Assembly (NCBI GenBank): GCA_024998755.1
Contig: JACEUU010000002.1
Coordinates: 76,783 to 140,782 of the forward strand
Direction of reading: 5' to 3'
Length of the DNA: 64,000 nucleotides
Source: Vampirovibrio sp.
Lineage (GTDB): Bacteria; Cyanobacteriota; Vampirovibrionia; Vampirovibrionales; JAJTHC01
The notes beneath the pieces were generated by a model. The model was not told the DNA's origin, searched no databases, and worked only from the letters and a program-made list of their open reading frames with translations. Shown here piece after piece: positions 19,961 to 29,763 of this stretch. Each line of letters starts with the position of its first letter. Position 1 is the stretch's first letter. The position numbers and the translations under genes were made by a program.

Positions 19961-21122
19961 AATGAAGTTACGGAATAAGGGTGTGCAGGTGGGAGTAGTG
20001 AGTGTTTTTTAATAAAATTCAACCAAAAATGCTCAAAAAACAGAACAATACCCCTTGTTTCCACTCTTTTCGGATCATAATTACCTAAAAACCATACAAG
20101 AATCCACTAAAACCTACCCCCCTCCTCACCAAAAAACCATACCGACGACAATTATACCCAAATGCCAAGCCCAAAATCTCCGCAGAAACACGCACTAACC
20201 CACGACAAGACACACGAACCTTCTTAAACACCGTCTTCCAACCCGCAAACACATGCTCCACTCTTGCCCGAACCTTAGAAACCAACCCATTAAACCGCTT
20301 CTGCGAAGCCGTCAACTCAGGCGTTGGTTCATGCTGCTTACCCCGAACACGACGCTTAATAATCCTCGGCTGTATCCCCAACGCCTTCAAATCCTTCTCC
20401 TTACCCACATACCCACTATCCGCACCAACAGTCTGCTCATCGCCCACCAGTACAGGCAGTAAACTCTGACTGTCATGCACATTGGCACCAGTAACAACCA
20501 CCTTGCGAATCAACTTGCTTTTAGCATCCACATTAACCGTGGCACTGTAACCAAAGCCTTTGTAGCCATAAGTGGCATCAGGGTCGCTCTGGTCTTCAGG
20601 CTTTTTTCTCTGTTTGCTATTGGCTTTAATAAAGGTGGCATCTACCAAGTTGCCTTCTTTAAGAATGAGGTTGTTCTCTTGGAAGAAGGTGTCTAAGGCT
20701 AAGAAAAGGGCTTCTTGGGCTGGGGTGTTTTGCAGTTCGTGTTGGAAGTTTTCGAGTGTCGTGGCTTCAGGGATGGGGGATTCTAAGGAGAAGCCGAGAA
20801 ACTTTCGGAAGGAGAGTCTGTCGTGGCATTGAAATTCGGTTTGTTCATAGGAGAGATTGAACCATATTTTGAGGAGGTTCATTTTGAGCAGTAGTAGGCG
20901 TTTGTAGGGTGGTCTGCCGTTGGGTTTGTGGTGGATGTGTGTTTTGAGGATGGTTTCAAATAGTTGCCATGGTAGGGTTTGGTTCATTTCCTCTAGGAAT
21001 TTGTGAGTGGGGGTGGCTTGTTGAATTTGGATGTCGGCAAAGGTAGTCATGGGGGTGGGGTATCCTATGAGAGGTGGAATAATGTCCCTTCTATTTTACC
21101 TTGCCCTTTTTCCGTAACTTCA
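19961..21122 (-). mobile_element. IS5-family insertion sequence, copy 2, inverted relative to copy 1.
   Basis: Reverse complement of copy 1 end to end. Its flanking triplets do not match each other (ata vs ttt). Confidence 0.8.
20085..21050 (-). CDS. IS5-family DDE transposase (copy 2).
   Basis: Identical 321-aa product. Confidence 0.8.
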   Translation of the reverse strand: MTTFADIQIQQATPTHKFLEEMNQTLPWQLFETILKTHIHHKPNGRPPYKRLLLLKMNLLKIWFNLSYEQTEFQCHDRLSFRKFLGFSLESPIPEATTLENFQHELQNTPAQEALFLALDTFFQENNLILKEGNLVDATFIKANSKQRKKPEDQSDPDATYGYKGFGYSATVNVDAKSKLIRKVVVTGANVHDSQSLLPVLVGDEQTVGADSGYVGKEKDLKALGIQPRIIKRRVRGKQHEPTPELTASQKRFNGLVSKVRARVEHVFAGWKTVFKKVRVSCRGLVRVSAEILGLAFGYNCRRYGFLVRRGVGFSGFLYGF

Positions 21123-21138
21123 TATAAGGAACTCAATG

Positions 21139-21524
21139 AGATGCAATCATTATTGCGTGTTACTTTTGCTGGTTTTCAGCCAGCAGTTTTGGGTACCAAG
21201 CATCAGGCTACTGGCGTTCAGCAACCCAGTGCTGTTGGGCAGTTAGCTCAAACACAAACCACAGATGTTTTAGGTGCTATGCCACACTACCGTCCATTAC
21301 CTATAGGGGTACGTTCTGGTAATAATGTAGACAAACTAGTTAGGCAGGAACTAGCTGAACTTGGAAAAGATATTGAAGCTGGTGAACGAAAAATCGCGCA
21401 ACTTGAAGAAGCTGTACAGAAAGATCATCTATCAGAGGAGCTTATTACTCGGGTAGAAGAGGTGATAGCAGACTTACAAGAAGAATTGGGAACAAAGAAG
21501 GTACAAAAGGACAGACTAAGTTAA
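21139..21524 (+). CDS. Hypothetical protein, paralog 1 of a pair that shares a near-identical 60-aa N-terminal module. Its C-terminus is coiled-coil-like.
   Basis: Nt 21139-21320 are ~97% identical to 21858-22040. The track ORF start at 21003 lies inside IS copy 2, so the real start is taken as the ATG at 21139. Confidence 0.5.
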
Positions 21525-21857
21525 CTGGTTCCTAACCAAATTGTGGAACGTTCATTACTGCTAGCTTTTACCGAAAATATTAGCTTTAAATCATATACAG
21601 TTGAAGATAGACTGGTACAAGAGTAGCGAATCAGACCAAAATGAATTCATAGGGGCAGATGCAATCCACCCCCTACAGTTGGTTAAATTTTTAAGCTACT
21701 AGACCTCATGAACACTGCTTACTTGAATTCGCTTTGAGGATTTTTATTTACAAAAAATTATTTTACTGCTAAAATAAATTTTTAATATGACTTTACTTAA
21801 CTAATGATTCGCTTTTAACTTAATCTTTCTATAAAAAATGATGTAAGGGACTAAGTA

Positions 21858-22460
21858 ATGCAATCATTATCGCATGTTACTTTTGCTGGTTTTCAGCCAG
21901 CAGTTTTGGGTACCAAGCATCAGGCTACTGGCGTTCAGCAACCCAGTGCTGTTGGGCAGTTAGCTCAAACACAAACCACAGATGTTTTAGGTGCCATGCC
22001 CCACTACCGTCCATTACCGATAGGGGTACGTTCTGGTACTGGAGACATTGAAAAACTACTGGCACATCTTCATCAAGAAATAAACGAGAAAACTATTGAA
22101 GGCCTGCTGGCAGATCTTGAAAAAGCAGAACGATTAAAAGATGTTACTGCATCAATGAAAAAAATAGACACTGTTGTGGAGAATTTGTTGGATCGTGCAT
22201 TAGCATCTACACCCGATGTTTTTATGCTTAATAGATTAGAGGCAATAGCAAAATTAGTTGATGAACTGAAACAGAACCAAGCAAATCGGGAAGCTACCAC
22301 TGCATCAATCCAAAAGCTCAACACAGTTGTAACCGTTTTTTTAAGCCATATAGAAGCATGTAATGAACGTTACTATGCCAGTTACGATACTTTAACTGTT
22401 AATGCACTAACTATGTTAAAAGAATTAGCAGCAGAATTAGCTGGCATTTTAAAAAAATAA
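21858..22460 (+). CDS. Hypothetical protein, paralog 2: the same N-terminal 60 aa with a different all-helical C-terminal domain.
   Basis: MQSLSHVTFAGFQPAVLGTKHQATGVQQPSAVGQLAQTQTTDVLGAMPHYRPLPIGVRSG is shared with 21139-21524. Confidence 0.5.
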   Translation: MQSLSHVTFAGFQPAVLGTKHQATGVQQPSAVGQLAQTQTTDVLGAMPHYRPLPIGVRSGTGDIEKLLAHLHQEINEKTIEGLLADLEKAERLKDVTASMKKIDTVVENLLDRALASTPDVFMLNRLEAIAKLVDELKQNQANREATTASIQKLNTVVTVFLSHIEACNERYYASYDTLTVNALTMLKELAAELAGILKK

Positions 22461-22502
22461 AAGAAGGTAATTAGGGCCTGTTTTAAAATAAAACCTCTGG
22501 CT

Positions 22503-24278
22503 CTAGACCTCTTCCAAGGTAGAAGTATCGCCTTCAGGCAAGCCCAACGCCCGAGCCTTCAATACCCGACGCATAATTTTCCCAGACCGAGTTTTCGGTA
22601 AACTCTCAATGACCTCAATTTCCCGAGGCATTGCATGAGCCGCTAGCTTAGACCGAACAAACAACGCAATTTCTTTCAGTAATTCAGGGGTTTCCACAAA
22701 ACCCGTTTTCAACGAAATATACGCCTTAATCACTTCCATCCGTTCTGGGCATGGCAAGCCAATCACGCCCGCTTCGGCTACGGCAGGATGATGCACCAAC
22801 GCAGATTCCACTTCAAAAGGCCCTACCAAATGCCCCGCCGTGTTGATAACATCATCTTCACGCCCGACAAACCAAAAATAGCCATCCGTATCCACACTGG
22901 CACGGTCGCCTGTTAAGTACCAGCCGTTTTTAAATCGGCTTTCGTACTTGCTTTGATTATTCCAATAAGTTTTAAACATGGAAGGTGCGGCAGATTTCAA
23001 TGCCAACGCCCCTTCGCTACCCAAAGGTAACGGCGTAAACGTATCATCCAGCACGCAAGCTTCCACCCCAGGGAAAGGCTTACCCATAGAACCCAACCGA
23101 ACAGGCAACCCGATGCGGTTGGTAATGTGAATAGACCCTGTTTCGGTTTGCCACCAAGTATCGTAAATTTCTTGGTCGAATACATCCCGCCCCCAAACAA
23201 TGGCTTCAGGGTTGAGGGGTTCGCCCACACTACAAATATGCCGAAGAGCTTTAAATTGATAACTTTTTGGCAGGTCTGACCCATGCTTCATCAGCATTCT
23301 TAACGCAGTAGGGGCGGTATACCAAACCGAAACATTAAAGCGTTCCAATATGCTATACCATGTTTCAGGCTTAAAAGCCCCTTCAAACACCAATTGCGTA
23401 ACCCCCAACGCCCACGGGCCAAATATCCCGTAGGAAGTACCTGTTACCCAACCGGGGTCTGCAGTGCACCAGTAAACGTCGTTGACAGATAAATCTAACA
23501 CCCATTGGGCGGTAGCTGCTTGAGCGATACACGCCCCATGCTGATGCAATGCTCCTTTGGGTTTACCTGTTGTACCCGAAGTGTAGTGCATAATTGAAGG
23601 CGTTTCCGCAGGGGTATGGGCAACCGTGAATTGACGAGATTGCGGGGCTATCCACTGGTAATAATCCAGTTCTTGAACGCTAGCAGATGGGTTGGGTTGC
23701 CATTGGTGGGCTCTATCCACCACCACGATAGTTTTTAAGCTGGGCACTTGGCTTGCAATCGCATCAATTCTTGGTTTTAGGGCGGGGCTAGTAAATACAA
23801 TGCTAGCTTCAGCGTCTTGCAACCTATCTAAAAGGGCTTCAGGCCCGAATGCGGGGAAGATAGGGCAAAGAATGGCGTGGCATTTTAGCCCGCCAAAAAA
23901 CGACACATACAATTCCGGAATACGTTCTAAAAATAGAAAAATGCGGTCTTGTGGGTTTGTGCCTAAGGCGGTTAGGGCATTGGCAACTTGATTAGAAGCT
24001 AAGCTTAACTCTAAAAACGAATGATGTTCAACTTCGTGCGTAGCGGAAACCCAAAGCAGGGCGGTTTTATTGAGGATAGCATCGGGGTGTCCGTCTAGGC
24101 ATACGGTAGATTGGTTGTAGCCAGTGGCTTTGGGTAAGTTTAGTTGGGTGTGCATGGCATCCCAACTGGGGGGATTTTTTTCGCAATCCCACGGATTCAT
24201 GGGGGACGTGAGGTGAGCGGTTTCAACCACGCCAATAGCAGGAACAACGGATTGTTTTTGGGTGAAATCAATAGACAT
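22503..24278 (-). CDS. AMP-forming acyl-CoA synthetase (acetyl/propionyl-CoA synthetase-like).
   Basis: AMP-binding motif YTSGTTGKPKG, a Gly-rich core and the C-terminal PKTRSGKIMRR motif typical of Acs-family enzymes. Confidence 0.7.
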   Translation of the reverse strand: MSIDFTQKQSVVPAIGVVETAHLTSPMNPWDCEKNPPSWDAMHTQLNLPKATGYNQSTVCLDGHPDAILNKTALLWVSATHEVEHHSFLELSLASNQVANALTALGTNPQDRIFLFLERIPELYVSFFGGLKCHAILCPIFPAFGPEALLDRLQDAEASIVFTSPALKPRIDAIASQVPSLKTIVVVDRAHQWQPNPSASVQELDYYQWIAPQSRQFTVAHTPAETPSIMHYTSGTTGKPKGALHQHGACIAQAATAQWVLDLSVNDVYWCTADPGWVTGTSYGIFGPWALGVTQLVFEGAFKPETWYSILERFNVSVWYTAPTALRMLMKHGSDLPKSYQFKALRHICSVGEPLNPEAIVWGRDVFDQEIYDTWWQTETGSIHITNRIGLPVRLGSMGKPFPGVEACVLDDTFTPLPLGSEGALALKSAAPSMFKTYWNNQSKYESRFKNGWYLTGDRASVDTDGYFWFVGREDDVINTAGHLVGPFEVESALVHHPAVAEAGVIGLPCPERMEVIKAYISLKTGFVETPELLKEIALFVRSKLAAHAMPREIEVIESLPKTRSGKIMRRVLKARALGLPEGDTSTLEEV

Positions 24279-24361
24279 TGGCAGAAAAAGCTTTCAAATT
24301 GAGGATTCGCAATGAGACAAGCTTTTATTCTAGCAATGAACGTTATTTTTTGGCAAGTAGC

Positions 24362-25537
24362 TTATTTGCCAAATAGCGAAATCGAAGTGGCTTCACCGCC
24401 GTTCAGCTTAACAAGAAATTCGTGAAGTTCATTCATTAATTGAGCCGTTTCTGGCTCAATTGAAAAATGATTGTCTCTACAATCTACAAAACTTTCAATT
24501 CGCCCTTCTATTGACGGGTTTTTTTTAATGAACTGCTTTTCTTCCTCTGTGAATAATGAGGTTCGAGTTTCATATTGATGAATGGCTTCCTTGTATATTT
24601 TTAGTTCACGCACAGCAAAAGTTATTTGATTTGGTTCTACCGATTTGAGGTTAGGTAAGTTGCTTACTTCTTCTAAAACTTCACAAGTTTCTCTTAACAA
24701 CACTTGCAAAATAAGTGGATTTACTTTTTCCTTTTCTGATAAGGATTGAATCAACAACAACAGGGGTTCGCAAGGCTTGGTAGGTGCGTCTGGATAGAGA
24801 TTTCTTGTTAGGGTTTCTCTCTGTTCATGTTTTGCTTTGATTTCAGCTAAAGTTTTTTCAATTTTAGGTACTATTTCTTTATTTTTAGACATATAAGCTT
24901 CAATAAAACCTTCTTTTCCTCCTCGTATAAAGTTAATGCTAATTTGGTGTTCTGCTTCTTTTCTAGCATTAAATTGAATACGATTCATAGCATTACCAAT
25001 ATAATTTGCAAACACCATGAGTTTATCCATTTTTTCATCTAACTGATTTATTTGATGGGACTGTAAACTAGATTGCTTATATAAAAAAAAGAGATCGCTT
25101 TTCGCCTCCAGTAACAATCGTCGCATCTCGGAAAGTCCAGACTCCAAATCTTCGCCATTCGTTCTGTTTTTGAGTTGCTTTTCTAATCTATCCAACTTTT
25201 TTTCCATCTGGGCTAGTGCCGTCTGCACTTCGTGCAACGCTCCCTTGTTTGCATGGTTCATTTTTGAATAAAGTAAACCCACCCCAAAAACAGCACACAA
25301 ACTAGCAATAAAGCCCATGGTAGCCAAAACAACAGACGTTTTATCTGCTACCGGCACTTCCCTAATAACAACCTTCGGTGGCACGGATGGCTTTTCAGAA
25401 GATTTTTTCTCAAAGCTATCGACTACTTCAATCGGGTTGTCTTTTCCCGCATCTCGTGGGCTTGCCAGTTTCTTCCCCTGCCCAAGCGGAGGATAAGAAT
25501 TGCTGAAGGTTAAAGCGGTAGGCACTATTGTCATCAT
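24362..25537 (-). CDS. Hypothetical membrane-anchored coiled-coil protein.
   Basis: One transmembrane helix (VVLATMGFIASLCAVFGVGLLY) followed by long heptad-rich helical sequence. Confidence 0.4.
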   Translation of the reverse strand: MMTIVPTALTFSNSYPPLGQGKKLASPRDAGKDNPIEVVDSFEKKSSEKPSVPPKVVIREVPVADKTSVVLATMGFIASLCAVFGVGLLYSKMNHANKGALHEVQTALAQMEKKLDRLEKQLKNRTNGEDLESGLSEMRRLLLEAKSDLFFLYKQSSLQSHQINQLDEKMDKLMVFANYIGNAMNRIQFNARKEAEHQISINFIRGGKEGFIEAYMSKNKEIVPKIEKTLAEIKAKHEQRETLTRNLYPDAPTKPCEPLLLLIQSLSEKEKVNPLILQVLLRETCEVLEEVSNLPNLKSVEPNQITFAVRELKIYKEAIHQYETRTSLFTEEEKQFIKKNPSIEGRIESFVDCRDNHFSIEPETAQLMNELHEFLVKLNGGEATSISLFGK

Positions 25538-25692
25538 TTTTCAGGATCGTTCCATTCACTTTCAGAAGCAAGCCAAAGCCTCTAAGATCATTATCTAACA
25601 AACACATTAACGTGCGAACAACCGCTTTTGTGCTAAAATAGCACCAACGAATTTAACCGCTACTGGATTTTAGAAAAGACACCGAATTTGCG

Positions 25693-27537
25693 ATGATGAT
25701 GAAAATTTCCACCCTGTTTGCCTCTACCTTACGAGACGTTCCTGCTGACGCCGAAGTGGTCAGCCACCAACTGCTATTGCGGGCGGGCTACATTCGCCGT
25801 ATTACCAGTGGCGTCTACAGTTACCTACCCCTCATGTGGCGAACCCTACAAAAAATTAGCACCATCGTACGGGAAGAAATGAATCGTGCCAATGCTCAAG
25901 AATTGCTGATGCCCATTCTACAACCTCGGGAATTATGGGAATCTTCAGGACGGTGGAGCGTTTATGGCGACGAACTAATGCGGCTAAAAGACCGCCACCA
26001 AAGAGATTTCTGTCTTGCCCCAACAGGTGAAGAGGTCATCACCCAACTAGCTCAAATTGAAGTAAAATCTTACCGGCAATTGCCACTCAACCTCTATCAA
26101 GTTTCTAATAAATATCGCGATGAGCGTCGCCCTCGGTTTGGGCTATTGCGTGGGCGTGAATTTATTATGAAGGATGCTTATAGCTTTCACGCCAACCAAG
26201 CCTGCTTAGACCGTGAATACGAAGTAATGGCAGAAGCCTACACCGCTATTTTTAACCGATGCGGTGTAAAAACCAAGATGGTTGCCAGTGATTCTGGGGC
26301 AATTGGCGGAGCAGTAAGCCACGAATTTATGATGTTGACAGGCTATCAAGCCGAAGCCCAACAATCAGGCGAAAACGATGTGGTTCATTGTGAAACTTCG
26401 GGGTATGCGGCTAATAGCGAAAAAGCGGTGTCCATTCCGCAACCGCAAGCCGTAGATGGTGCTGATACATTCAGCCAATATAACGCCACAACCAACGTAG
26501 AAACCCCTTACACTGATACGATTGAAAAATTGTGTAAAAAGCTAAAATGTTCTGCAGAAGTGATTTGCAAAACACTGTTATATGTAAAAGATGAAACGGA
26601 TTTTATCGCCGTGTTGATGCGGGGCGATTATGATGTGGAAGAAACCAAGCTGAAGAACGCCTTGGGTGCATTAACCCTTCGTATGGCGACAGAAGAAGAA
26701 TTGACAAGGCTTTACGAAACCAAAAAAGGCTTCGTTGGTTATTATGAGGCTTTATGTTCAGGTGAAACTGTTGATTTAACTAGCGTTAAAGGCAAAGATG
26801 GCACACCCGTTAGCCTGTTGGTGGATAAAACGGTAGTATCAATGAAAAACTTTGTCATAGCCAATATGGAAGCCCACGTTCATTGGGTTAACGCCAATTG
26901 GGCAGGCAATTGTTGCCAAGCTGAAGGCATCACTGTGGCGGATGTTCGCACCGTGAAAGCAGGCGATCTATGCGTTGAAAGCAATCAACCGTTGAGTATT
27001 ACTCGAGGGATTGAAGTCGGCAATATTTTCCAATTGGGCACGAAGTATTCCGAAAGTATGCAAGCCACTTACACCGCTGAAGATGGCACAGAACAACCGT
27101 TTGTGATGGGTTGCTACGGTATTGGCGTTAGCCGTGTAGCTGCTTCCGCCGTGGAACGCTACCACGATGCGAACGGTATTATCTGGCCTACAGCGATTGC
27201 CCCGTATCAAGTGATTATTGTACCTGCCAACGTAAAAGATGAAACCCAGTGGGCATTGGCAAATCAGCTTTACGCCGAACTTAAAACCGTTTTGGGCGAT
27301 GAGGTGTTGCTAGATGACCGTGATGAGCGGGCAGGCGTGAAGTTTAAAGATGCGGATTTAATGGGCTTCCCGTTAAGAATTACGGTTGGTAAATTAGCGG
27401 GTGAAGGCAAGGTAGAAGCCAAACTTCGGGCATCAAAAGACCTCATTATTTTAGATGCCAGTGATGTTGCCACCCAAGCAAAAACCCTATTAGCCCAGTG
27501 GGACGCCCTTTCGTGGGAACCGCCTGTAACCCCATAA
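25693..27537 (+). CDS. proS: Prolyl-tRNA synthetase, bacterial type with an INS editing domain.
   Basis: Class II aaRS motifs plus the inserted editing domain, ~600 aa. It starts ATGATGATG. Confidence 0.8.
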   Translation: MMMKISTLFASTLRDVPADAEVVSHQLLLRAGYIRRITSGVYSYLPLMWRTLQKISTIVREEMNRANAQELLMPILQPRELWESSGRWSVYGDELMRLKDRHQRDFCLAPTGEEVITQLAQIEVKSYRQLPLNLYQVSNKYRDERRPRFGLLRGREFIMKDAYSFHANQACLDREYEVMAEAYTAIFNRCGVKTKMVASDSGAIGGAVSHEFMMLTGYQAEAQQSGENDVVHCETSGYAANSEKAVSIPQPQAVDGADTFSQYNATTNVETPYTDTIEKLCKKLKCSAEVICKTLLYVKDETDFIAVLMRGDYDVEETKLKNALGALTLRMATEEELTRLYETKKGFVGYYEALCSGETVDLTSVKGKDGTPVSLLVDKTVVSMKNFVIANMEAHVHWVNANWAGNCCQAEGITVADVRTVKAGDLCVESNQPLSITRGIEVGNIFQLGTKYSESMQATYTAEDGTEQPFVMGCYGIGVSRVAASAVERYHDANGIIWPTAIAPYQVIIVPANVKDETQWALANQLYAELKTVLGDEVLLDDRDERAGVKFKDADLMGFPLRITVGKLAGEGKVEAKLRASKDLIILDASDVATQAKTLLAQWDALSWEPPVTP

Positions 27538-27624
27538 AGACCTAGGACGTGATGCAACGCATAGACCGCTAGGGCTAATAAATCACGCCCCTACAAATAC
27601 CCCTATATAGAAAAGGATTTTTTC

Positions 27625-28689
27625 ATGATGATGAGTATTTCCCTATTTGAAACCATTGCCCAACACGGGCACGAAAGCGTCCTAACTTGCTACGATTTTA
27701 AATCTGGCTTAAAAGGCTTTATTGGGTTGCACAATACCACATTAGGTCCTGGTTTGGGCGGGTGTCGTGTGATGCGATACCCTTCCGAAGCGGCTGCCTT
27801 CCAAGATATGCTTGCTCTTTCCGAAGCAATGACTTATAAAAACAGCTTGGCTGGCTTACCTTATGGTGGCGGTAAAGCCGTTATTTGGTTGCAAGAAGGG
27901 CAAGAAAAAACACCGGAACTGATTGACGCCATGGGGCGGTGCATTAAATCGCTCAACGGTAGTTATTTCACCGCAACAGATATTGGTTCTACCAGTGCAG
28001 ATATGAAACGCATGAGAGCTATTTCCCCTTACGTTTCAGCTCTTTCGCCTGAAGACGGAGGACTGGGCGATTCTGCTATTTTAACAGGCTTGGGCGTTTA
28101 CCAAGGCATTCGGGCAGCGGTGAAACATCGGTTAGGTAAAACCTCATTAGATGGCGTAAAAATTGCCATTCAAGGAGCTGGAAAAGTAGCCTACCATATG
28201 TTAAGCCACCTAACCCAAGAAGATGTAACCGTTTACCTAACAGATACGAATGAAGAAGCCATTGCAAAATGCCAAGCAGCTTATCCAACCATCAAGGTTG
28301 TTGCCCCTTCGGAAATTTGGCATCAGCCCGTAGATATTCTTTCCCCTAACGCCATTGGCGGAACAATTACTGATGAAGTCATTGCCAATTCAACGGCAAC
28401 CATTATTGCTGGCGGTGCTAATAACCCCTTGCGTGATAGAGGCGTTGCCACAACCGCAGCAACAGCAGAAGTTTTGTTCGCTCCGGATTTTGCGATTAAT
28501 TCAGGGGGCGTCATTGTGCTAAGCACGGAACTAGCCAAAGGCACAATTGAAGAAGCAAAAACTAAAACATTGGGTATTTATGATACGGCGTTGCGGGTGT
28601 TTGAAGTAGCTAAAGCTAGAAAAATCAACACATTAGAAGCAGCTATTGCCCTAGCCAAAGAAAATATCACTAATAACGCTAAAGGCTAA
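27625..28689 (+). CDS. Glu/Leu/Phe/Val dehydrogenase-family amino-acid dehydrogenase (Leu/Phe-DH-like).
   Basis: GLPYGGGKAV catalytic-lysine motif and an NAD Rossmann GxGxVA. Size is ~354 aa. Confidence 0.65.
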   Translation: MMMSISLFETIAQHGHESVLTCYDFKSGLKGFIGLHNTTLGPGLGGCRVMRYPSEAAAFQDMLALSEAMTYKNSLAGLPYGGGKAVIWLQEGQEKTPELIDAMGRCIKSLNGSYFTATDIGSTSADMKRMRAISPYVSALSPEDGGLGDSAILTGLGVYQGIRAAVKHRLGKTSLDGVKIAIQGAGKVAYHMLSHLTQEDVTVYLTDTNEEAIAKCQAAYPTIKVVAPSEIWHQPVDILSPNAIGGTITDEVIANSTATIIAGGANNPLRDRGVATTAATAEVLFAPDFAINSGGVIVLSTELAKGTIEEAKTKTLGIYDTALRVFEVAKARKINTLEAAIALAKENITNNAKG

Positions 28690-28696
28690 AACTAAT

Positions 28697-28773
28697 CACG
28701 TCATGTTGAGCGTAGTCGAAACATCCCCTTAGACAGCTCGGGAGATTCCTCGAATTCGCTCAACATGACATGA
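28697..28773. repeat. Family-2 palindromic element (gtcatgttgagcg ... cgctcaacatgac).
   Basis: A 13-bp perfect terminal inverted repeat. Relatives are at 17133-17217 and 54476-54567. Confidence 0.5.
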
Positions 28774-28780
28774 ATTAGTA

Positions 28781-29761
28781 TTAAATCGAAAAATTTTCGT
28801 CTGCTTGATTTAAATGCGTTAGCGTTACAAACACATCTTCTAACGAAGGTTCTATTTCACGAACCCCTCTCGCATCAATTTCCGCTTGGCGTAAATCCAA
28901 CAATAATTGTTCCTTTGGTATCGTATCTGGCATGGTAACGTGCAAAGCCTGCCCAAAAATCGTTACATCCTGCACATACGGGAACGCCTTCACCTTATTA
29001 AATGAAGCAACCAAGGGTCTGCAGACCAATTCATACCGAGAAACGCCTTCGCCAACCACGGCTCTTAAATGTTTTAATTCATCTGGCCCGCCGGAAACAA
29101 TGAGTTTAGAATTATAAATATAGCCTACGCTACTGCAGCGTTCCGCTTCATCCATGTAATGAGTGGTTACAAACAACGTAACGCCACTGCTGGCAAGGGT
29201 AAACAACAAATCCCACAAATGCCGACGGGCAACTGGGTCCATTGCAGCAGTGGGCTCATCTAAAAAAATGATATCGGGGGAATGCACCAAAGCACAACAC
29301 AACGCCAACCGTTGCTTCCAGCCACCAGAAAGTTGCTTGGCCAAATAATTAGCGTAAGGTTCAATACCGACCAATTCCTTTACTGCCCGCTTACTGGCTT
29401 CACCTGTTTTACCCGTAACGCCATAAAGCCCTGCATAGAAATCTAAATTTTCAGAAACCGTTAAATCTTCATACAAGCTGAATTTCTGAGGCATATAGCC
29501 TATATAACGTCGAATTAATTCTGGTTCTTGCTCAACATCAATACCACAAACTAACGCTTTACCTGAGGTTGGTGGCATTAATCCACAAAGCATCTTAATG
29601 GTGGTAGATTTCCCTGAACCATTGGGGCCTAGAAAGCCATAAATTTCGCCCTTACCCACCCGTAAATCCAATGAATCAACCGCAATTCGGTCGCCAAATT
29701 TACGCACTAATTTTTCGGTTACAATCACATTGTCATTGGGTGCTGAAGCGTCAAAAATCAT
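28781..29761 (-). CDS. ABC transporter ATP-binding protein (ABC-2 / DrrA-like).
   Basis: Walker A GPNGSGKST, the LSGG signature and Walker B DEPT. It is translationally coupled to the upstream HlyD gene. Confidence 0.75.
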   Translation of the reverse strand: MIFDASAPNDNVIVTEKLVRKFGDRIAVDSLDLRVGKGEIYGFLGPNGSGKSTTIKMLCGLMPPTSGKALVCGIDVEQEPELIRRYIGYMPQKFSLYEDLTVSENLDFYAGLYGVTGKTGEASKRAVKELVGIEPYANYLAKQLSGGWKQRLALCCALVHSPDIIFLDEPTAAMDPVARRHLWDLLFTLASSGVTLFVTTHYMDEAERCSSVGYIYNSKLIVSGGPDELKHLRAVVGEGVSRYELVCRPLVASFNKVKAFPYVQDVTIFGQALHVTMPDTIPKEQLLLDLRQAEIDARGVREIEPSLEDVFVTLTHLNQADENFSI

Positions 29762-29763
29762 TG

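Noticed and set aside
21003-21138. N-terminal extension of the 21139 gene reaching into IS copy 2
   Set aside because: The extension is encoded by the IS terminal sequence. The paralog at 21858 starts at the equivalent ATG with a similar upstream context.
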